This document shows, piece by piece, positions 52,847-61,044 of a stretch of DNA of 64,000 nt. This stretch comes from Clostridium sp. 26_21 (GTDB lineage: Bacteria; Bacillota; Clostridia; TANB77; CAG-508). The stretch lies in assembly GCA_001915995.1 (NCBI GenBank), contig MNRO01000021.1:93759-157758 (forward strand). The letters run 5' to 3'. The stretch's first letter is position 1. Every line of letters starts with the position of its first letter. Both the position numbers and the translations under genes were made by a program. A model generated the notes under the pieces. That model was not told the origin of the DNA. It saw nothing but the letters and a program-made list of their open reading frames with translations, and ran no database searches.

Positions 52847-55234
52847 CTATTTCTCACAAATTTTAGCATATTTTTTCAATTTTTCATAAGCTAAATAATT
52901 TACTGTACCTGCTGGGAATTTTCCATCTTTATCTTTCTTTCCTGCTGGAACACCTGTTAGAACTTCAATACCTTCATCTATTGTAGAAACAGCATATATA
53001 TGGAATAAATTATTTTTTACTGCTTCAACAACATCATCATTTAATTGTAAATTTTCAACATTTTGAACTGGTATCATAACACCATGTGAACCATCTAATC
53101 CACGCATTTTACAAATTTGGAAATATCCTTCTATTTTTTCATTAACACCACCAATTGGTTGAATTTGTCCTTTTTGATTTACTGAACCTGTAACAGCAAT
53201 TGATTGTTTAATTGGTATTTCAGATAAACTTGATAATAATCCATAAAGTTCTGTACTTGATGCACTATCACCATCAACTCCATTATATAATTGCTCAAAA
53301 CATATACTTGCAGTTAAACATAATGGAATATCTTGTGCAAATAGTTCTCCTAAATATCCTGATAAAATATATACACCTTTTGAGTGTGTTGAACCTGATA
53401 AATCAACTTCTCTTTCTATGTTTACAACACCTTGTTTTCCAGTATATGTGTTTACAGTTATTTTTGCTGGCTTGCCAAATGTATAATCACCTATTGTCAT
53501 AACTGTTAGTCCATTAATTTCTCCAACCAATGAACCTGTCGTATTTATTAATAATGTATTTTCTTTTATCATCTCTAAATATTTTTCATCATATTTTTTA
53601 ATTCTCTCAACTCTTTCAGCTAAGGCTTTTTTTACAAATTCAGATGTTACAGTTTTAGCTTTAGCAAGTTTTGCCCATGTTCCAGCTTCACCTACAACTT
53701 GTGCTAGTTCTGTAAATCTTGTTGATATCTTATTATTATCTCCTGCAATTCTTGATGCATATTCAACAACACTTGCCATTGCTGATTTATCTAATTGTGG
53801 TAATTCTTCTTGCTCACAGAATGAATGAACAAATTGTGCAAGTTTATTTACATTTTCTTCTGTAATTGGTGCTGTTTCTTCAAATTCTACTTTTATTTTA
53901 AATAGTCTTCTAAAATCACTATCCATTGAAAGTAATGTATGATATATATTAGAACTTCCTATTAATATTACTTTTAAGTCAATTGGAATTGGTTCTGGTT
54001 TTAATGAAATTAATGTCATAGATGATCTTTGTTCTATGGAATTATCTATTGATATTTCTTTAACTCTTAAAACTCTTTTTAATTCTTCATAACATATCCC
54101 ATTTGTTAATAAATCTTTAGCCTGGAATATAATGTATCCTCCATTTGCTTTTTGCAATAAACCAGGTTTTAACATTGTAAAATCTGTTTTAAATGAACCA
54201 TAATAATTTTCATATTCTAATTTTCCAAATAAATTATTAAATGAATAATTTGAATCCATTATTACAGGTGCACCTTGTGTTTCACTATTATCAATAAATA
54301 AATTTACTCTATAATTTAAACATGGATCTTGTTTTTTTGCCATTGGCCCTTGTTGTGGTTGGTTATTTTGAACTTGCTTATCTTCTTCTAAAAAATATGA
54401 AACATTTTTTAATACATCTTGTTTTACATCTGTTAAAAATTTATTTATTTTTTTATTTCTTTTATATTTTGCTTTTATAAAATTTATATGTGCATTTACT
54501 GTTAATAATGCAATATTTGATTGCCATTCAGAAACTTTTTTATCTGCTTCTCTTTCTATTTGTTTAATTTGTCCAATTGCTTCCATTATTTGTTGTTGGA
54601 CAACAGTTGACTTTTCTTCATAATGTTGTTTTACTGATTCTTCTAATTTTTCAAACTCTTCTTCTTCTATTACTTTGCCATCTACAATTGGCATCATATA
54701 AATTCCGTTTTGCGCAGATTTTACTTGAAATCCTTCTTTAAATGCATCTTGTGTTAATTTTTGCATTACAACTTCTCTTTGTGCTTCAAATTCTTGCTTT
54801 ATTAATTTTTTTTCTTTTTCAAAATCATCAGCATTAAATGTTTTCTTAATATCTTTTTTTACTTCTTGGATAAATCCATCCATACTCTCTTTAAATTCTT
54901 TTCCTTGTCCTGCTGGTAATGATACTGCTATTGGTTCATTTGGATTTTGAAAATTATATATATAACACCAATCATTTGGAACTTTTTTCTTTGGTGCAAT
55001 ACTATCTAAATAGTTTTTTGTATACATTGTTTTTCCAACACCACTTGGTCCTTCAATATATATGTTATATCCTTTTACATCAACTTGTAAACCAAATTGT
55101 AATGCTTTTATTCCTCTCTCTTGTCCTATACCATCATTTACTGATTCTAAGTCTTGAGTTGTCTCAAAATGAAACATATCTTTATTACATACCATTTTTA
55201 AGTCTTTATAACTTAATTCTTTTTTGTTATTCAT
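52847..55234 (-). CDS. Lon-like ATP-dependent protease (COG1067 / LonB-LonC-like AAA+ protein with an S16 protease domain)
   Basis: Walker A IEGPSGVGKTMY, and a C-terminal Lon protease domain: VDGDSASSTELYGLLSSLSEIPIKQSIAVTGSVNQKGQIQPIGGVNEKIEGYF. Confidence 0.8.
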   Translation of the reverse strand: MNNKKELSYKDLKMVCNKDMFHFETTQDLESVNDGIGQERGIKALQFGLQVDVKGYNIYIEGPSGVGKTMYTKNYLDSIAPKKKVPNDWCYIYNFQNPNEPIAVSLPAGQGKEFKESMDGFIQEVKKDIKKTFNADDFEKEKKLIKQEFEAQREVVMQKLTQDAFKEGFQVKSAQNGIYMMPIVDGKVIEEEEFEKLEESVKQHYEEKSTVVQQQIMEAIGQIKQIEREADKKVSEWQSNIALLTVNAHINFIKAKYKRNKKINKFLTDVKQDVLKNVSYFLEEDKQVQNNQPQQGPMAKKQDPCLNYRVNLFIDNSETQGAPVIMDSNYSFNNLFGKLEYENYYGSFKTDFTMLKPGLLQKANGGYIIFQAKDLLTNGICYEELKRVLRVKEISIDNSIEQRSSMTLISLKPEPIPIDLKVILIGSSNIYHTLLSMDSDFRRLFKIKVEFEETAPITEENVNKLAQFVHSFCEQEELPQLDKSAMASVVEYASRIAGDNNKISTRFTELAQVVGEAGTWAKLAKAKTVTSEFVKKALAERVERIKKYDEKYLEMIKENTLLINTTGSLVGEINGLTVMTIGDYTFGKPAKITVNTYTGKQGVVNIEREVDLSGSTHSKGVYILSGYLGELFAQDIPLCLTASICFEQLYNGVDGDSASSTELYGLLSSLSEIPIKQSIAVTGSVNQKGQIQPIGGVNEKIEGYFQICKMRGLDGSHGVMIPVQNVENLQLNDDVVEAVKNNLFHIYAVSTIDEGIEVLTGVPAGKKDKDGKFPAGTVNYLAYEKLKKYAKICEK

Positions 55235-55306
55235 TTTTTCCTCCGTATCTTTTTATTAACTTTTTGCAAAATTTATCAAAAAATCTAGCACTAAAAATTA
55301 ATTATA

Positions 55307-55406
55307 TTTTGTCCTATTTTGTCTTTTTTATTTTATACTAGTTATTATTTTTTGTAAAGCAATTTATTAAAGTTTTTTCTTGAAATTTTTGTCATATTTT
55401 GTCGAA
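55307..55406 (+). promoter_or_regulatory. four phased TTTTGTC heptamers, the last a full Spo0A box (TTTTGTCGAA)
   Basis: TTTTGTC occurs at 55307, 55317, 55387 and 55397. Spacing is 10 bp within each pair and 80 bp between pairs. TGTCGAA at 55400-55406 ends 9 bp upstream of the -35. Confidence 0.45.
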
Positions 55407-55415
55407 ATTTTATTC

Positions 55416-55444
55416 TTGACATATATCATTAACTGTAGTATAAA
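55416..55444 (+). promoter_or_regulatory. sigma-A type promoter of the 132-aa islet gene
   Basis: TTGACA (55416-55421), 17-nt spacer, TATAAA (55439-55444). Confidence 0.55.
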
Positions 55445-55472
55445 TATTTTGTAACAACAAAATAAAATAAAA

Positions 55473-55501
55473 TATATATTGAAGTTATTCTTCAATATAT
55501 A
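55473..55501 (+). other. 5'-UTR hairpin (12-bp perfect stem)
   Basis: tatatattgaag (55473-55484), loop ttatt, cttcaatatata (55490-55501). No U-tract follows. Confidence 0.7.
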
Positions 55502-55504
55502 ATA

Positions 55505-55520
55505 GATAAGAAATGCTATA
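55505..55520. repeat. left arm of a 16-bp perfect inverted repeat bracketing the 132-aa ORF
   Basis: gataagaaatgctata is the exact reverse complement of 55957-55972. It ends 2 nt before the AAGGAG SD. Confidence 0.9.
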
Positions 55521-55534
55521 AAAAGGAGAACTTT

Positions 55535-55933
55535 ATGAAAAAAATTACTTCGCTTTTTCTTGCACTCTTCATGATTGTAATTATTCCCTGTTATGCATTC
55601 GCCGAGAATCCTGCACCTTTGGCAACTGCACGGACCAATCCTGGTTCTGTATATGATTTTTCAGGAACTGTTCCGTTCTTAGTTGAAGACTATTTTAATA
55701 TTCCAAAAAACAAAAATGTTTATCTCTTAATTGCTTCTACCGAAGATTGTACCGTTGAAATTGCCTATGGAGATATACTTGTTTGGAGAAGAACATTTTC
55801 TGCTAATCAACATGTTACGAAATATTTAATCAAGAGTAACATGCCTATTGGAAGATATAAAATTGCCATAAGCGCTAACAGTCATGATAGTTGTTATACT
55901 GTCTTGTCAGTTATGCCAATGCAGTATTCATAA
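55535..55933 (+). CDS. small secreted hypothetical protein, 132 aa (islet 5)
   Basis: Signal peptide MKKITSLFLALFMIVIIPCYAFA/EN and an AAGGAG SD. A 60-nt line at 55561 counts 25 G+C (42 %). Confidence 0.7.
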   Translation: MKKITSLFLALFMIVIIPCYAFAENPAPLATARTNPGSVYDFSGTVPFLVEDYFNIPKNKNVYLLIASTEDCTVEIAYGDILVWRRTFSANQHVTKYLIKSNMPIGRYKIAISANSHDSCYTVLSVMPMQYS

Positions 55934-55956
55934 ACTCATATTAATTTGTTGTAACA

Positions 55957-55972
55957 TATAGCATTTCTTATC
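55957..55972. repeat. right arm of the 16-bp perfect inverted repeat
   Basis: tatagcatttcttatc, 24 nt after the stop codon. Confidence 0.9.
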
Positions 55973-55973
55973 A

Positions 55974-56002
55974 TGTGATAGGTAATTTATTTACCTATCA
56001 CA
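55974..56002 (+). other. 3'-flanking hairpin (12-bp perfect stem) without a U-tract
   Basis: tgtgataggtaa (55974-55985), loop tttat, ttacctatcaca (55991-56002). Confidence 0.7.
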
Positions 56003-56030
56003 AATAATAAAAAATGGAGGATATTATTCT

Positions 56031-56933
56031 ATGAAAAACAAAAAAATATTTATTTTTATAATAATTTTTATCATTTTAATTTCTATTATTACTTTATCAA
56101 TCGCATATTTAAAATCTAATAATTTAAAGATAGATTACACCAATCTTTCAAATAACATTGTTTCTACTTATAATGAAAATATAAATATGGAATATTTATC
56201 AAATAAAGATACTGAATTAAAAATAAAAAACATATCTTTTTCTGATAATGCTTTAAATCTTATATTAGGTTTTAAATTAAAAGATACAAATATAGACTAT
56301 TCTTCTATAAAAACAAATATTATTATATTTAATGAAAGCCATCAAATTTATTGTAGTACATCTGCCATAAAATCAAATACAGATCATAAAAAATCATTTT
56401 ATAAAGCTGAAAAATTAAGTGAAAATAAAAATCTTCAATCAGGTCTAAAATACTTACCACTTTCAACTTCTAATAATGAAGCAATTTATCAACTTGTATT
56501 ATACTCACCAGTGAAAGATTTTTCAAAAAGCGAAAAACTTTATATTCATATTTATGGTTTAGAATATGTTAATAATGATGGCCAAACCTTAACTTCTACT
56601 CCTGAATGGAGCTTTTCAATTGACTCTTCCAACATATACACTCCTTCAGTAAAATATAAATTAAAAGAAAATATAGATGGATTAAATTTAAATGAGATTT
56701 GTATTTCAAATTACTTAACAACAGTATCCTATGAAGAAAGTCATAATAATTTCAATATAAAAATTATGGATTCACCAGGAAATGAATTTAATAGTCTTTC
56801 TACTAGTTCAAAGGGCTCAAATAAAATTTTTTCTTCATATGCCTTTACAGCTGATGATATAACTTCTCCTTTATTTTTAAAAATATCTAATGATAATTTT
56901 TCGAAAATTGTAGAATTAGAACAAATAAAATAG
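56031..56933 (+). CDS. membrane-anchored extracytoplasmic protein, hypothetical (300 aa)
   Basis: TGGAGGA SD, an N-terminal TM helix (IFIFIIIFIILISIITLSIAYL), and a beta-rich N/S/K-rich ectodomain. Its AT-rich composition matches the host. Confidence 0.55.
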   Translation: MKNKKIFIFIIIFIILISIITLSIAYLKSNNLKIDYTNLSNNIVSTYNENINMEYLSNKDTELKIKNISFSDNALNLILGFKLKDTNIDYSSIKTNIIIFNESHQIYCSTSAIKSNTDHKKSFYKAEKLSENKNLQSGLKYLPLSTSNNEAIYQLVLYSPVKDFSKSEKLYIHIYGLEYVNNDGQTLTSTPEWSFSIDSSNIYTPSVKYKLKENIDGLNLNEICISNYLTTVSYEESHNNFNIKIMDSPGNEFNSLSTSSKGSNKIFSSYAFTADDITSPLFLKISNDNFSKIVELEQIK

Positions 56934-56966
56934 CAAAAATACATCTCTTTAAGAGATGTATTTTTT
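56934..56966. terminator. bidirectional terminator between convergent genes
   Basis: Stem acatctct / agagatgt with T6 on the plus strand and a T-run on the minus strand. Confidence 0.75.
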
Positions 56967-57648
56967 ATAAAAATTCATTTAATATATATGCACACCTTTT
57001 TGATGCTTTTTCTAGAAATTTATCAAATGTAATTTCGTTTTTTCCATTAGGCTTATCTGAAATGCTTCTTACTATTAAAAATGGAATATTATCTAACTTA
57101 CATACTTGTGATATAGCTGCCCCTTCCATTTCAATACAATCTGCATTAAATTTTGTTTTTATCTTTTCTTTCATTTTTGGTTCTGTACAAAAAATATCTC
57201 CAGATGCTATTGTCCCAATTTTTATACCAAAATCTTTATTTTTTATTTTCTTTATTGTTTCTTCCATCTTGTTTATTAATAATTCATCACTTTCCACAAA
57301 TTGTCCCAAATTGCTAATAAATCCTTTTTCATGTCCAAATGCTGTTATATCAAAATCATGTTGCACTATTTTCTTTCCTATAACAATATCTCCTATTTCT
57401 AATTCATCATTACAACTTCCTGCTGATCCAACATTTATTATTCCTTTTATTTTAAAATTATCAATTAAAATTTGTGTAACTCTTGCAGCATTTACTTTTC
57501 CTACACCTGATTCAACTAATACAATATTCTCATTTTTTATATTTCCTTTAAAAAAAGTTAATTCATATATTTTAATTTTTTCTATATTATGCATTATTTT
57601 TTTTATTTCTTGCATTTCTTCCTGCATTGCAGCAATTATTCCATACAT
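56965..57648 (-). CDS. mtnN: 5'-methylthioadenosine/S-adenosylhomocysteine nucleosidase
   Basis: MYGIIAAMQEEMQEI, VESGVGKVNAA, GSAGS, CIEMEGAAISQVC and VRSISD are Pfs/MtnN motifs. Confidence 0.9.
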   Translation of the reverse strand: MYGIIAAMQEEMQEIKKIMHNIEKIKIYELTFFKGNIKNENIVLVESGVGKVNAARVTQILIDNFKIKGIINVGSAGSCNDELEIGDIVIGKKIVQHDFDITAFGHEKGFISNLGQFVESDELLINKMEETIKKIKNKDFGIKIGTIASGDIFCTEPKMKEKIKTKFNADCIEMEGAAISQVCKLDNIPFLIVRSISDKPNGKNEITFDKFLEKASKRCAYILNEFL

Positions 57649-57658
57649 ATTCTATCTC

Positions 57659-58516
57659 CTATCTTTCAGATATTGTATCTTCTACTACATATTCTTTATA
57701 TTCTATATTTCCAGGAACTTCTTGCAATCCTTGTTTTTCACTTTCTGAAAGCTCCCAATTTTTCTTTTTTCTATTTTGAAAATGTTTATTTATTTGAAAA
57801 GAAAGTTCTTGTATTTTATCCTTCAGCTCTAATTTTATCAGCATTGGTTCAATAGTGTTTATCATCATTTCTTGTATCTCTTCAAATGATTTATTACTAC
57901 TTTCAAAATGTTTAAGTATTGCTTCTATTAAATTATCTTTTAAATTATAATTATATATATCTTCATTAACTTTTTTATATTCAATTAGATATTTTCTTAA
58001 CATATCTAACTCATCTTCTTCAAAATATATAGAATCGTTTGAATTAATCATTGCTTTAAATAACATTATTGTTTTTCCAATTGGACCTTTTTTTTGCATC
58101 TCTTCTTCATTTGTTTCTTTAATTGTTTTCATTACTTTTGCTGTTGTTAAATATTCCGTCATCTTTTCTATCAATGGCAATAAATAATCATTATTTAAAT
58201 TTTCTATAATAAATGCTGGAATAATTCCATTAATACTTATTCCATTTTTTTCATCATATCCATAAAATATCTTTATTCCATATGTTTTAAATAATTGATA
58301 TATTTCAACAATTTTATTATTTAAAGTTATTCCTACATTAGGTAATTCCTCATCTAAATCTTCTGATTCTGGAAATAATTTTAATTTATTTATTTTTGAA
58401 TTAATACTCTTTATATCTTTTAACATTCTTGTCATTCCATTAATTGTTTCAAAAATTGTTTGCTCAAAAAAGATATTTGCTATTTCGTCTTCAGTATATT
58501 CCTTCTCTTTTTGCAT
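57659..58516 (-). CDS. hypothetical cytoplasmic protein (about 285 aa), probably co-transcribed with mtnN
   Basis: AAGGAG SD 8 nt upstream of the ATG at 58516. The stop lies 10 nt before the mtnN start. I recognise no motif. Confidence 0.55.
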   Translation of the reverse strand: MQKEKEYTEDEIANIFFEQTIFETINGMTRMLKDIKSINSKINKLKLFPESEDLDEELPNVGITLNNKIVEIYQLFKTYGIKIFYGYDEKNGISINGIIPAFIIENLNNDYLLPLIEKMTEYLTTAKVMKTIKETNEEEMQKKGPIGKTIMLFKAMINSNDSIYFEEDELDMLRKYLIEYKKVNEDIYNYNLKDNLIEAILKHFESSNKSFEEIQEMMINTIEPMLIKLELKDKIQELSFQINKHFQNRKKKNWELSESEKQGLQEVPGNIEYKEYVVEDTISER

Positions 58517-58630
58517 AATAAATCTCCTTAAATTCAATATACAACTCTTATTATACTATAATTTTACAGTAAATTCAATTGTTTTATGTTTTTTATCTTA
58601 TAAATTGGGGGCATAATCTTAAATATATTA

Positions 58631-58660
58631 TAAAAAAAATACACCTCTCATAAGATGTAT
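58631..58660 (-). terminator. intrinsic terminator after rplS
   Basis: On the minus strand the stem auacaucuu / gagguguau (two G-U pairs) is followed by U8. Confidence 0.65.
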
Positions 58661-58669
58661 TTTTTTTAA

Positions 58670-59116
58670 CTATTCAGCTTTTTCTGATGTTTCAACAACA
58701 GTTTCTGTAGCTTCTGCAACTGGTTCTTCTGCTAAATCTTCTTTAACAACGATTTCTTTGTTTTCAATTCTAGCTCCAACCATTTCTTTTGTCTTAGAAG
58801 CTTTTCCTGTTCTCTCTCTTAAGTAGTATAATTTAGCTCTTCTAGCTTTACCAACTCTAACTACTTCTACTTTTTCAACTAATGGTGAATGGATTAAGAA
58901 TGTTTTTTCAACTCCTACACCATAAGAGATTTTTCTTACTGTAAATGTAGCGTTAACTCCTCCACCTTGTTTTTTAATTATAATTCCTTCAAATACTTGG
59001 ATTCTTTCTTTGTTTCCTTCTTTGATTTTAACATGTACTCTTACTGTATTTCCAACTTTTAAATCTGGAATAGTATTTTTTAATTGTTCATGTTCTATTG
59101 ATTTTATGATATCCAT
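58670..59116 (-). CDS. rplS: 50S ribosomal protein L19 with an acidic C-terminal extension
   Basis: [53 protein letters not shown]...[18 protein letters not shown] chose the start at 59116 because AGGAGG lies 8 nt upstream. Confidence 0.9.
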   Translation of the reverse strand: MDIIKSIEHEQLKNTIPDLKVGNTVRVHVKIKEGNKERIQVFEGIIIKKQGGGVNATFTVRKISYGVGVEKTFLIHSPLVEKVEVVRVGKARRAKLYYLRERTGKASKTKEMVGARIENKEIVVKEDLAEEPVAEATETVVETSEKAE

Positions 59117-59181
59117 CGTATTTACCTCCTTCTTTCTTCGTACAAGCGGTGCACTGGAATTGTTTTGCACTTTGTACATAA

Positions 59182-59910
59182 TTATTTTATATCTTTTTTA
59201 GATTTTATTTCATCTAAATATTTTTTATCTTTTTCAGATAATTCTACATTTTCTAAAAGCTCTGGTCTTTTATAATATGTATTTTTTAAAGCTTGATATC
59301 TTCTCCATTTATTGATATTTTCGTGATGACCTGATTGTAAAATTTCTGGTACCTTTACACCTTCAAAGGTTTCTGGTCTTGTATATTGTGGATATTCAAG
59401 AATTCCTTGTGAAAATGATTCTTCAGATGTTGAACCATTACTTAAAACTCCTTCTACATATCTACTTACAGAATCTATTAATACCATTGCTGGAAGTTCC
59501 CCTCCTGTTAGTACATAGTTTCCTATAGATATTTCCTCATCTACTATTTTGTCTAATACTCTCTGATCTATTCCTTCATAATGTCCACAAAGTAGAATAA
59601 GATGTTCTTCTTTACTTAATTCTTCTACCTTTTTTTGATTTAAGACTTGTCCTTGTGGTGACATATATATAACTTTAGCATTTGTTTTTTTTATAGATTT
59701 ATATGCATTATATATAACATCTGCTTGCATTACCATACCTGCACCACCACCATATGGTGTGTCATCAACTTTTTTGTGCTTATTTTCTGAAAAGTCTCTA
59801 ATATTTATTAAATTAACTTCTATTAGTTTATTTTCTTCTGCTCTTCCTAGAATGCTTTGCTTAACAGGCTCAAACATTTCAGGAAATAGTGTAAGCACAT
59901 CAAATTTCAT
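59182..59910 (-). CDS. trmD: tRNA (guanine37-N1)-methyltransferase
   Basis: [26 protein letters not shown] and [13 protein letters not shown] are the TrmD signature. Confidence 0.95.
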   Translation of the reverse strand: MKFDVLTLFPEMFEPVKQSILGRAEENKLIEVNLINIRDFSENKHKKVDDTPYGGGAGMVMQADVIYNAYKSIKKTNAKVIYMSPQGQVLNQKKVEELSKEEHLILLCGHYEGIDQRVLDKIVDEEISIGNYVLTGGELPAMVLIDSVSRYVEGVLSNGSTSEESFSQGILEYPQYTRPETFEGVKVPEILQSGHHENINKWRRYQALKNTYYKRPELLENVELSEKDKKYLDEIKSKKDIK

Positions 59911-59925
59911 ACATTCCTCAACTTT

Positions 59926-60432
59926 CTAAATCAATCCTGGTATTAGATGAACTGTAATTTTTCCACCTTCCAAATCGACATTTTTTATAACATCTTTTAT
60001 TCCTGGTAGTAAAACTTGTTTTCCTAATTCATCTTTTATTACATATATGTCATTTGCTCCTGTATTATAGATATCATCAACTTTTCCTAGTAGTTTTCCT
60101 TCTTCTGTATAAACTTCCAATCCAATTAAATCTACTATATAATATGTTCCTTCTTCAAGTGGAACAGCATGTTCTCTATCTACTTCAAGATAAGCATTTC
60201 TTAGTAAATCTGCTTGTTCTGGTGTATTTATGCCTTCAAGCTTTATCAATACCATATTTTTATGATATCTTACTCCTTCTACTTTATAAAGTTTTGATTC
60301 TTTTTTAGATTTAACATATACTTCTTCTAAGTCGTCAAATCTTGTTATATCATTTGTAAAAGGTGTTACTTTAATTTCTCCTTTTATTCCATGTGTATTA
60401 ACAATTTGACCTATTTCTAGCTTTTTTTTCAT
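59926..60432 (-). CDS. rimM: 16S rRNA processing protein RimM
   Basis: IGQIVNTHGIKGEIKV ... the PRC-barrel C-terminal half. It sits in the conserved position between the KH protein gene and trmD. Confidence 0.9.
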   Translation of the reverse strand: MKKKLEIGQIVNTHGIKGEIKVTPFTNDITRFDDLEEVYVKSKKESKLYKVEGVRYHKNMVLIKLEGINTPEQADLLRNAYLEVDREHAVPLEEGTYYIVDLIGLEVYTEEGKLLGKVDDIYNTGANDIYVIKDELGKQVLLPGIKDVIKNVDLEGGKITVHLIPGLI

Positions 60433-60462
60433 TTTTTACCATTCCTTTCATGGTAAATTTAT

Positions 60463-60693
60463 CTATCCAATAAATTCAACATTTACTTTTTTGTCTTTTT
60501 TTCCAGCAACTGCTTTCATTACTGTTCTGATAGATTGAGCTATTTTTCCTTGTTTTCCAATTACTTTTCCAAAGTCTTCATCAGCTACTTTTACTTCGAA
60601 AACTATTGATTTTTCATTTTCAACTTCTTTTATTTCAACAGCATCTTTATTGTTTACTAAGTTTTTGATTATAACTTCTAAAACTTCTTTCAT
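60463..60693 (-). CDS. ylqC: KH-domain RNA-binding protein (YlqC family)
   Basis: VIGKQGKIAQSIRTVMKA (KH GxxG loop), 76 aa, between rpsP and rimM. Confidence 0.85.
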   Translation of the reverse strand: MKEVLEVIIKNLVNNKDAVEIKEVENEKSIVFEVKVADEDFGKVIGKQGKIAQSIRTVMKAVAGKKDKKVNVEFIG

Positions 60694-60728
60694 AATCTTT
60701 CCTCCAACATAATATTTTTTTCAAAAAA

Positions 60729-60959
60729 TTATGCGTTTTTGATTAATGCTTTTACTGTTTCTGTTGGTTGTGCACCATTTTTCATCCATTGTTCTAATTT
60801 TTCTTTATTTAATACTATTGTAGATGGTTCTGTCATTGGATCATATGTTCCAATTTGTTCAATTATTTTTCCATCTCTTGGAGATCTAGAATCAGCTACT
60901 ACTATATGATAGAATGGAGCTTTTTTCTTTCCTTCTCTTTGTAATCTTATTTTTACCAT
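60729..60959 (-). CDS. rpsP: 30S ribosomal protein S16
   Basis: [41 protein letters not shown]. Confidence 0.95.
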   Translation of the reverse strand: MVKIRLQREGKKKAPFYHIVVADSRSPRDGKIIEQIGTYDPMTEPSTIVLNKEKLEQWMKNGAQPTETVKALIKNA

Positions 60960-61044
60960 TTTAATTTCACCTCTTTCTGAATTAAAATTTCTGTATTTAG
61001 AAATTTTAGATTTTTATATATAAAATATAAAATTAATAACTTAT

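Noticed and set aside
52847-55234. The Lon-like AAA+ protease as a BREX BrxL-type or other defence component.
   Set aside because: No methyltransferase, PglZ, BrxC or other defence partners are nearby. Its composition is host-like, and this ~800-aa Lon-related family is widespread as a stand-alone gene in clostridia.
55974-56002. The 12-bp hairpin after the 132-aa gene as a rho-independent terminator.
   Set aside because: No U-tract follows on either strand, and the next gene starts 29 nt later. I treat it as a structural element of the IR-bracketed cassette.
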